NCBI GenBank assembly: GCA_964364285.1
Contig: CAYIKZ010000001.1
Location: 17,237-81,236, forward strand
Direction of reading: 5' to 3'
DNA length: 64,000 nucleotides
From: an uncultured Candidatus Saccharibacteria bacterium
Lineage (GTDB): Bacteria > Patescibacteriota > Doudnabacteria > UBA920 > VMFF01
The translations under genes were made by a program, and so were the position numbers. The notes below the pieces were generated by a model that had not been told where the DNA came from, ran no database searches, and saw only the letters and a program-made list of their open reading frames with translations. This document shows, piece after piece, positions 1 to 6,753 of this stretch (positions are counted from its first letter, which is position 1; each line of letters begins with the position of its first letter).

Positions 1-63
1 GATTGGAAGGAACTCTGTAAGCCCTTCAACAATACCTAAAATAGTTGCGTGAATATATGACAT
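1..63 (-). CDS. uppP: Undecaprenyl-diphosphate phosphatase, 5' fragment (runs off the window edge)
   Basis: Reverse complement translates MSYIHATILGIVEGLTEFLPI, matching the BacA/UppP N-terminal motif GxxEGxTEFLP. Confidence 0.85.
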   Translation of the reverse strand, partial: MSYIHATILGIVEGLTEFLPI

Positions 64-126
64 GCTTGAATTATATATGTTTTACAAACACAGGACAATG
101 TGATAAAATCAGGAAGTAATTTTCGA

Positions 127-213
127 GCCGGTGTGGCGGAACTGGCATACGCGCACGACTCAAAATCGTGTGAGGTTATCCTCATGTGGGTTCAACTCCC
201 ACCACCGGCACCA
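127..213 (+). tRNA. tRNA-Leu(CAA)
   Basis: Acceptor GCCGGTG/CACCGGC + ACCA, anticodon arm CACGA-CTCAAAA-TCGTG, long variable arm, T-arm GTGGG-TTCAACT-CCCAC. Confidence 0.95.
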
Positions 214-231
214 GAGAATATAAACACAAAA

Positions 232-1182
232 ATGTTTGATACTGACAATCAAAACTTAAATACTCAGGCTGCAAATCCGACTCCTACACCAAGTGCAGAG
301 CCTAACGGTACGCAGTCTTTTTCTTTGCCTGAAATTCATAAAGATCCTGAACTAACAGAGCGTATTTCATATTCAGACGCATCAGTTCAAGAAGTTCCAA
401 TAGAAGACATTGTTGCAAACCCATTCCAACCAAGAAAAGTATTCAACCAAGAGCACTTACAGGAGCTTGCTGATTCCATTAAAGAACATGGCGTCATCCA
501 ACCACTTGTCGTTAATAAAACACCTGCTGGTTATGAATTAGTTGTAGGTGAAAGAAGATTTCGTGCCTCTCAGCTTGCTGGTCTTAAAAAAGTCCCTGTG
601 ATTATAAAGCAGGGGATGGCAGATCAGACAAAATTAGAGGTTGCTTTAATTGAAAATATTCAGAGACAAGAATTAAACCCGATTGAAGAAGCACAAGCAT
701 ACCAGAAGTTAATGGATAGTTTTGGTCTAACTCAAGAAAAAGTTGCTCAAAAAGTTGGTAAATCAAGACCTGCAATTGCAAACACAGTTCGTTTGTTAAA
801 CCTTCCTGCAGAAATACAAAGAGCAATCATAGAAGGAAAGCTTTCAGAAGGACACGCTAGGGCAATTTTAGGACTTGCTGGAATGGAAAGACAGCTTGCA
901 TTATTCAAAATGATTCTAGATCAAGGATTAAACGTTAGACAGGTCGAAGCAAAAGTCCGTGAGTTGATGGCTCGTCCAAGATTAGAAGCAGCCGGTCCTG
1001 ATCCAAACACTCTTGCTTGGGAAAATGAACTTAGAAGCAAACTTGGAACCAAGGTAAAGATTGAAAAGAAAGGGCGTGGTGGAAAGATAATGATTGAATT
1101 CTTTTCTGAAGAAGAACTCCACGACCTTATGGACAAGATTGCAAATAATAAAAAAGACGGAACAGAATACTTTACAGTATAA
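232..1182 (+). CDS. parB: ParB/Spo0J chromosome partitioning protein
   Basis: NPFQPRK, GVIQPL, GERRFRA, ENIQR and HTH GKSRPAIAN motifs; start moved to ATG 232 because the ORF-track start overlaps the tRNA. Confidence 0.93.
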   Translation: MFDTDNQNLNTQAANPTPTPSAEPNGTQSFSLPEIHKDPELTERISYSDASVQEVPIEDIVANPFQPRKVFNQEHLQELADSIKEHGVIQPLVVNKTPAGYELVVGERRFRASQLAGLKKVPVIIKQGMADQTKLEVALIENIQRQELNPIEEAQAYQKLMDSFGLTQEKVAQKVGKSRPAIANTVRLLNLPAEIQRAIIEGKLSEGHARAILGLAGMERQLALFKMILDQGLNVRQVEAKVRELMARPRLEAAGPDPNTLAWENELRSKLGTKVKIEKKGRGGKIMIEFFSEEELHDLMDKIANNKKDGTEYFTV

Positions 1183-1183
1183 T

Positions 1184-1213
1184 TTAAAGCCCCGAAGAAA
1201 TTCGGGGCTTTAA
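1184..1213. terminator. Probable bidirectional intrinsic terminator
   Basis: TTAAAGCCCCGAA-GAAA-TTCGGGGCTTTAA perfect hairpin right after the parB stop. Confidence 0.8.
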
Positions 1214-1271
1214 GACAGGTAGCGAAACAAACCTTACCAACACAATCGTATTTTATAAAATTCGTCCTGTC
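1214..1271 (-). ncRNA. Candidate hairpin RNA complementary to the adjacent tRNA-like RNA
   Basis: GACAGG/CCTGTC and CGAA/TTCG close a stem; 1224-1240 is a perfect 17-nt inverted repeat of 1312-1328. Confidence 0.45.
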
Positions 1272-1274
1272 AAA

Positions 1275-1347
1275 TGGTGGAGATGATGGGACTCGAACCC
1301 ACGAGAAAAAATTGGTAAGGTTTGTTTCTCGCTAACCTGCCATCCCC
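1275..1347 (-). ncRNA. Atypical tRNA-like RNA resembling the tRNA-like domain of tmRNA (Ala identity)
   Basis: GGGGATG/CATCTCC acceptor stem with G3-U70, discriminator A + CCA, T-arm GTGGG-TTCGAGT-CCCAT, no D-stem, GAGAAA/TTTCTC stem-loop. Confidence 0.7.
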
Positions 1348-1414
1348 AAATCAGATTTTTGCCTCCTAATATATATACGCTTGGCAGGTTAACTTTTAAT
1401 TAAAAAGACATTAA

Positions 1415-1440
1415 AAAATCCCCCGATTCCGGGGGATTTA
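1415..1440 (-). terminator. Intrinsic terminator downstream of rpmB
   Basis: AATCCCCCG...CGGGGGATT-type hairpin followed by a U-run on the minus strand. Confidence 0.75.
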
Positions 1441-1455
1441 AATTGCAGTATAGAT

Positions 1456-1644
1456 TTAGACGGCTGCTTTAGCTAGTCTCTTTGCTTTAGTTTTGATGCA
1501 GCTTGTGCAAGCCTTTACTCTTTGACCTTCGTGCTTTGTCCATTGTAGGTTAGGTAACAGTCTTTTTATGGAAGCTCTCATTGAGTGGCTGCGCTTTATT
1601 GTCCTGGAATATCCTTTACCGCAGATTGCGCACATTCTTGGCAT
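1456..1644 (-). CDS. rpmB: 50S ribosomal protein L28
   Basis: MPRMCAICGK...SHS...PNLQ...CTSCIK pattern typical of bL28. Confidence 0.9.
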   Translation of the reverse strand: MPRMCAICGKGYSRTIKRSHSMRASIKRLLPNLQWTKHEGQRVKACTSCIKTKAKRLAKAAV

Positions 1645-1726
1645 ATATCTTGTAGGGGGTTTAATAACTTCGATATATTAACATGTTTTGATATAATAAT
1701 CAAGCATTGATAAATAACCGAATAAC

Positions 1727-2350
1727 ATGGATTTAATAATATCTTTAGCAGTTCTATTGTTTTCAGTAATATTGCATGAAATAGCGCACGGTTCTGTTGC
1801 TGAGTATTTTGGTGATGATACAGCAAGAGTAATGGGTAGGATAACCATAAACCCAATTGTGCATCTAGATTTGTATTTTAGCTTCTTGATCCCCATTGTT
1901 TTGTATATGTCAGGATCTCCAATAATCTTCGGTGCAGCAAAACCTGTTCCTGTAAACTATTCAAATCTAAAGAATTTTCGCTGGGGTGTTTTCTGGGTTT
2001 CAATTGCTGGGATTCTGACGAATCTTTTGTTGGCAATGATCTTTGCAATATTTATCAGAGTGTTTTCTTTGCCCGAAACAGTTCAGAACATATTTGTTTT
2101 AGTTGTACAGATAAATATATTCCTTGCTGTAATTAACATGATTCCAATACCACCAATTGATGGTTCAAAAGTTCTTGCAGCAATCTTTGGAGAAAACGCG
2201 ATTAACTTTGTGATGAATATTGAGATGCGAGGTTTTGTTGGAATTCTTCCTTTTTTAATCCTAATCTACATTCTTTTTTACACAGGTGCTTTTCAACATT
2301 TTATGTTGCCAATAGCGGGATTCTTTTTCAGACTTTTTGGAATAGCTTAA
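1727..2350 (+). CDS. Site-2 protease family (M50) membrane metalloprotease
   Basis: HEIAHG zinc motif, NPIVHLD, AKPVPVN, NMIPIPPIDG; hydrophobic segments. Confidence 0.9.
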   Translation: MDLIISLAVLLFSVILHEIAHGSVAEYFGDDTARVMGRITINPIVHLDLYFSFLIPIVLYMSGSPIIFGAAKPVPVNYSNLKNFRWGVFWVSIAGILTNLLLAMIFAIFIRVFSLPETVQNIFVLVVQINIFLAVINMIPIPPIDGSKVLAAIFGENAINFVMNIEMRGFVGILPFLILIYILFYTGAFQHFMLPIAGFFFRLFGIA

Positions 2351-2369
2351 TATATTTTTTAAATGCAGC

Positions 2370-2400
2370 GGCCCACTGTTGTCAGTGGGCCTTGTTGTTG
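2370..2400. terminator. Hairpin between convergent genes
   Basis: GGCCCACTG-TTGT-CAGTGGGCC followed by TTGTTGTTG. Confidence 0.7.
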
Positions 2401-2414
2401 TCTGGAGCGATGGG

Positions 2415-2717
2415 CTATTGCTCATCGCGCGAGGGGAGTCTCGCGCTCAACGCTACTTCGTTGAACGTCACCTCAGTGACGGGGCGCCAGTCGATCTGGT
2501 TAGCCAGTGCCAGAAGCGGCACCGCAAGATCCGGGTAATGATTCCGGAGGCCGAAGAGGCAATGGGTTCTCGGTGCGTCGCCACGCAGCGCGTGAGCGAG
2601 ATCACTGATCAGCCTTGCTCTGTAGCTGATAGAGCCGGCGACTTCGATGGTGAGCAGTCCTTCGCTGGTCTCCGAAAAGGTGAACTGGTCGTTCGCGAAC
2701 AAAGATCTTCCTACCAT
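2415..2717 (-). CDS. GC-rich orphan hypothetical protein (~100 aa)
   Basis: ORF in a GC-rich block; SD-like AGGGGGA before ATG 2717, upstream TTGCAT/TACAAT promoter-like boxes, downstream hairpin. Confidence 0.55.
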   Translation of the reverse strand: MVGRSLFANDQFTFSETSEGLLTIEVAGSISYRARLISDLAHALRGDAPRTHCLFGLRNHYPDLAVPLLALANQIDWRPVTEVTFNEVALSARLPSRDEQ

Positions 2718-2804
2718 GGGTCCCCCTGTGTGGTTGTCCGTTCCTGCTATCTCACGCATTGTATACTAACTAATTTAAAATGCAAAACGGTTTTTTGTGG
2801 GGCT

Positions 2805-2833
2805 TTGACATTTTGCTTGGATGGTCGTATAAT
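2805..2833 (+). promoter_or_regulatory. Sigma70 promoter of rpsL-rpsG-fusA
   Basis: TTGACA-N17-TATAAT perfect consensus. Confidence 0.85.
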
Positions 2834-2955
2834 TAGACACGTATATCATTTCGATATCAATTAATTAATCACTAAATACGGAGTAACCCATCGCACGGGT
2901 GAAAGAGCAGTGAGGTTCCAATCCCACGCAACCGTTTTTAGAAAGGATAAGCAGA

Positions 2956-3363
2956 GTGCCTACAATCAATCAGTTGGTGCGCCGAAAACGCACCCCACTC
3001 AAGAGCAAATCAAAAACTCCTGCTCTAGAGCGACGTATTAACGTAATAAAAGGACAGACCGTATGGCGTCCAAGCCCTTTTATGCGTGGAGTTTGTTTAA
3101 AGGTCTATACAACCACACCAAAGAAACCAAACTCAGCTTTGCGTAAGATCGCAAAGGTACGTTTGACCAATGGTATGGAAGTTTTAGCCTACATTCCAGG
3201 AATCGGACATAATTTACAGGAACACTCTGTGGTTATGATTCGAGGTGGAAGAGTTAAAGATCTTCCTGGTGTTAGGTATCACATTGTTCGAGGAAAACTC
3301 GACACTCTTGGCGTTGAAGGTCGTAAACGCAGCAGAAGTAAATATGGAGTAAAGAAATCATAA
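2956..3363 (+). CDS. rpsL: 30S ribosomal protein S12
   Basis: [32 protein letters not shown]. Confidence 0.98.
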   Translation: MPTINQLVRRKRTPLKSKSKTPALERRINVIKGQTVWRPSPFMRGVCLKVYTTTPKKPNSALRKIAKVRLTNGMEVLAYIPGIGHNLQEHSVVMIRGGRVKDLPGVRYHIVRGKLDTLGVEGRKRSRSKYGVKKS

Positions 3364-3367
3364 ACAT

Positions 3368-3868
3368 ATGCCAAGAAAAGCACGTTCAGTAAAGCGTCAT
3401 CCAGCAAACCCAGATCCAAAATTTGGTAATGCTAAATACGGTAAATTCATAAATTATTTAATGCAACGCGGAAAGAAAAATGTTGCTCAAAAGATTTTTT
3501 ACATGGCTTTAGAAGAAGTCTCAAAGAAAATGTCTACTGCAGAACAACCAGTAGAAGGTAAGCAGATCTTTGAACAAGCATTGAGAAACATTGCTCCTTT
3601 AGTTGAAGTCAAAGGCCGCAGAATCGGTGGTGCAAACTACCAGGTTCCAATGGAAGTTGTTGAACCTAGAAAAACCGCTATTGGAATGAAGTGGTTAATC
3701 GCAGCTGCTCAAGCTAGAAAAGGTGCTCCTATGCATCAGAAACTCGCTGCTGAAATTATGGATGGATACAACAAGATTGGCTCCGCTATAAAGAAGAGAG
3801 AAGATACGCACAGAATGGCTGAAGCAAACAAAGCTTTTGCGCATTTTGCTAAATTCCAAAGAAGATAA
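3368..3868 (+). CDS. rpsG: 30S ribosomal protein S7
   Basis: RRIGGANYQVP, HRMAEANKAFAH. Confidence 0.97.
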   Translation: MPRKARSVKRHPANPDPKFGNAKYGKFINYLMQRGKKNVAQKIFYMALEEVSKKMSTAEQPVEGKQIFEQALRNIAPLVEVKGRRIGGANYQVPMEVVEPRKTAIGMKWLIAAAQARKGAPMHQKLAAEIMDGYNKIGSAIKKREDTHRMAEANKAFAHFAKFQRR

Positions 3869-3879
3869 CATATAAATAA

Positions 3880-5997
3880 ATGCCTAGAGAATATTCAATA
3901 GACACAACAAGAAATATCGGAATTATTGCGCACATTGATGCCGGTAAAACCACAATCACCGAAGGAATCTTGTACCAGACAGGTGTTACACACAACATTG
4001 GCGCTGTCCACGAAGGTGAAACTGTTACTGACTGGATGGAACAAGAAAGAGAGCGCGGTATTACAATTACTGCGGCTGCTGTTACTTGTTTCTGGAAAGG
4101 TAACAAGATCAACATCATTGATACCCCAGGACACGTTGACTTCACAGTTGAAGTCGAGCGCTCTTTGCGTGTATTAGATGGCGCTTGCGTCATCTTTGAC
4201 GGTAAGATGGGTGTTGAACCACAGTCTGAAACAGTCTGGAGACAAGCTGATAAATACGGTGTTCCGAGAATTTGTTTCATCAACAAAATCAACCAAACAG
4301 GTGGAGACTTTTACAAGTCGTTAGACTCAATTCATAAACGTCTTTCACCAAACGCATACCCGATTCAATTACCAATTGGTTTTGAAAAAGATATCAATGG
4401 TGTTGTTGATTTGATAAAAATGAAAGCATACACTTACGCTGATTTTCATGACAAGATTTTAATAGAAAGTGAAATTCCTACTGATATGCTTGAAAAAGCA
4501 AAACAGTACAGACATCAGCTCATTGAAAAACTCGTTGAATCAGACGATGTGTTAATGGAAAAGTATCTTTCAGGCGCTGAACTTTTTGAAGCAGAGATTC
4601 TTTCCGGATTACGTAAAGCAATCATTGCTGGAAATATGTATGCTGTTTTAGGTGGAGACGGCCGCGGAGTCATTGTTCATAAATTACTTGATGCGGTTAT
4701 TAACTTCTTGCCATCTCCTTTGGAAAAGTCACACATCATTGGTGTTGATCCAAAAGTTAAAGAAGCAAATGTTGAAGCTGCAGACAAGATTATTAGAAAA
4801 CCAAGCGACGAAGAACCATTCACAGCTCTTGCGTTTAAGATTGCAACTGATCCTTTCGTAGGAAAGCTTGCATTCTTTAGAGTCTATTCTGGTAAACTCG
4901 CTGCTGGTTCATATGTCTTAAATACTCGTTCAGGAAACAAAGAACGTGTTGGTCGTATTGTTTTAATGAAAGCAAACGACAGAGAAGATGTTAAAGAAGT
5001 TTACGCTGGTGATATAGCAGCTTTGGTAGGACCTAAAGACACATTCACTGGAGACACTCTTTGCGACGTTGATCATCCAATCCGTTTAGAAAGCATTAAG
5101 TTTGCCGAGCCAGTTATCTCTATGGCTATTGAGCCTAAGACAAAAGCAGACCAGGAAAAAATGGGCATTGCTTTAAACAAGCTTGGTGAGGAAGATCCAA
5201 CCTTCCACATTAAAGGTGATGAAGAAACAGGACAAACAATCATTTCAGGAATGGGTGAATTACATCTTGAAATTATTGTTGATCGTATGAAGCGTGAATT
5301 TAAAGTTGAAGCAAACGTTGGTAAACCACAGGTTGCTTACAAAGAGAAATTCAAGAAAACTATTGAATCAGAAGGCAAGTTCATTAAACAGTCTGGTGGT
5401 AAAGGACAATACGGTCATTGCTGGATTCGTTTGGAACCAAAAGAACCAGGCTCTGGATTTACTTTTGAATCAGAGGTTGTTGGTGGATCTATTCCAAGAG
5501 AATTCATCGCTCCAATTGAAAAGGGAGTTAAAGAAGCTGCAGAAAACGGAGTTATTGCAGGCTTCCCAGTTATTGACTTCCACTGTGCAGTTTACGATGG
5601 TTCATACCACGATGTTGACTCTTCTGAAGTTGCTTTCAAAATCGCAGCTTCAAAAGCTTTTCAGGACGGCGTTAAGAAAGCAGATCCAATTTTGCTTGAA
5701 CCAATCATGAAAGTTGAAGTAACAATTCCAGATTCTTTTATGGGAGATGTTATTGGTGATATTAACTCAAAGCGCGGACAGGTTAAGGAAATGAATGATC
5801 GAGGAAACTTAAAGATTGTTGATGCCTTTGTTCCGCTAGCTGAAATGTTTGGTTATGCAACAGCATTACGTTCCATGACGCAAGGTCAGGGAAACTATGC
5901 AATGGAATTTGACCATTACGATGAAGTTCCAAAGAATGTTGCTGCCGGAATTATTGAATCCAGAGCATCGGTTAATGCTCGTAAGGGACAAAACTAA
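3880..5997 (+). CDS. fusA: Elongation factor G
   Basis: [38 protein letters not shown]; follows rpsG. Confidence 0.97.
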   Translation: MPREYSIDTTRNIGIIAHIDAGKTTITEGILYQTGVTHNIGAVHEGETVTDWMEQERERGITITAAAVTCFWKGNKINIIDTPGHVDFTVEVERSLRVLDGACVIFDGKMGVEPQSETVWRQADKYGVPRICFINKINQTGGDFYKSLDSIHKRLSPNAYPIQLPIGFEKDINGVVDLIKMKAYTYADFHDKILIESEIPTDMLEKAKQYRHQLIEKLVESDDVLMEKYLSGAELFEAEILSGLRKAIIAGNMYAVLGGDGRGVIVHKLLDAVINFLPSPLEKSHIIGVDPKVKEANVEAADKIIRKPSDEEPFTALAFKIATDPFVGKLAFFRVYSGKLAAGSYVLNTRSGNKERVGRIVLMKANDREDVKEVYAGDIAALVGPKDTFTGDTLCDVDHPIRLESIKFAEPVISMAIEPKTKADQEKMGIALNKLGEEDPTFHIKGDEETGQTIISGMGELHLEIIVDRMKREFKVEANVGKPQVAYKEKFKKTIESEGKFIKQSGGKGQYGHCWIRLEPKEPGSGFTFESEVVGGSIPREFIAPIEKGVKEAAENGVIAGFPVIDFHCAVYDGSYHDVDSSEVAFKIAASKAFQDGVKKADPILLEPIMKVEVTIPDSFMGDVIGDINSKRGQVKEMNDRGNLKIVDAFVPLAEMFGYATALRSMTQGQGNYAMEFDHYDEVPKNVAAGIIESRASVNARKGQN

Positions 5998-6005
5998 AAA
6001 CATTT

Positions 6006-6060
6006 AAAAAAGGGAAAGAGCCGACAGACGCGTAATGCGCTTGTCGGCTCTTTCGTTTCT
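6006..6060. terminator. Bidirectional terminator between fusA and a convergent orphan gene
   Basis: GAAAGAGCCGACA...TGTCGGCTCTTTC stem with A-run before and U-rich tail after. Confidence 0.75.
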
Positions 6061-6065
6061 TCTCA

Positions 6066-6275
6066 TCACGTCACCGAATGCGGTGGCGCTGGTTTGTCCG
6101 GCGCTTGTTCAGGCACTGACCGGCCGTTCGGGTAGATCTTGATCGGGGTCAAGAAATGCATAAAGACCCAGAACAACACCACGAACAGCAGTGCCGGTTT
6201 CCAGAGAAAGTGAATGAGCGGGAGAAAGAAGGTTTCCTTTTCCAGCTCCGGCACCTTATCGGCGTCGTGAGACAT
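6066..6275 (-). CDS. GC-rich small membrane protein (69 aa, one TM helix)
   Basis: GGAGGATACAG-ATG SD at 6275, hydrophobic stretch, own promoter. Confidence 0.65.
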   Translation of the reverse strand: MSHDADKVPELEKETFFLPLIHFLWKPALLFVVLFWVFMHFLTPIKIYPNGRSVPEQAPDKPAPPHSVT

Positions 6276-6302
6276 CTGTATCCTCCGTGGGTATTTGAGC
6301 GC

Positions 6303-6331
6303 ATTATCTAAAAATGTGGGGCTTTTGTCAA
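6303..6331 (-). promoter_or_regulatory. Sigma70 promoter of the orphan gene at 6066-6275
   Basis: TTGACA-N17-GATAAT on the minus strand. Confidence 0.65.
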
Positions 6332-6361
6332 TTTGCAGGGAATAGCTCTTAGGCATAGAAT

Positions 6362-6700
6362 ATGCCCATGGATAACCTAAAGAAACTCATTGATATAGCT
6401 AAGGCTGACGGGGGGAAGTTCTTTGTAATTGATGAACAGGGCAACCCAGTCTTGGTAATTATGGGTATTGATGAGTATGAAAAAGTATTGTTAAAAAAGG
6501 TTCAAAACCAGCTTGAAGATATTGATGAGATAAACAGGAAGATAATCCAGGCACAGAAACAAGAAGATAAAGTTCAGACCGCAAGACAAACTGCTCAGGA
6601 AGATCTAGTTAGCGAAGTTATTGATTCAACCTTTTCTTTTGAACCAGAAGAAGTTTCTGCTACAAACATGCAAAACAGAGCAGAGCTGGAAGATATTTAA
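6362..6700 (+). CDS. Hypothetical protein, N-terminus reminiscent of the Phd/YefM fold
   Basis: FFVIDEQGNPVLVIMGIDEYEK resembles the Phd/YefM beta-beta-helix pattern; acidic tail. Confidence 0.6.
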   Translation: MPMDNLKKLIDIAKADGGKFFVIDEQGNPVLVIMGIDEYEKVLLKKVQNQLEDIDEINRKIIQAQKQEDKVQTARQTAQEDLVSEVIDSTFSFEPEEVSATNMQNRAELEDI

Positions 6701-6753
6701 ATTATGAGTTTTGGTATAAATATTGTATAATTAAGATGTATTAAATTATACTC

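Noticed and set aside
100-231. N-terminal 44 codons of the ORF-track ParB
   Set aside because: Overlaps the clear tRNA-Leu; ATG 232 is the plausible start.
214-1213. parS site or tRNA-Leu integration scar near parB
   Set aside because: No TGTTTCACGTGAAACA-like palindrome and no duplicated tRNA-Leu 3' end noticed.
1214-1400. Conventional or circularly permuted two-piece tmRNA
   Set aside because: Both acceptor strands lie on one 73-nt piece in normal order, and no tag frame with a resume context or Ala-rich end was found nearby.
2379-2864. Plus-strand 161-aa ORF
   Set aside because: Starts inside a hairpin with no RBS and runs through the rpsL promoter; the minus-strand ORF has promoter, SD and terminator support.
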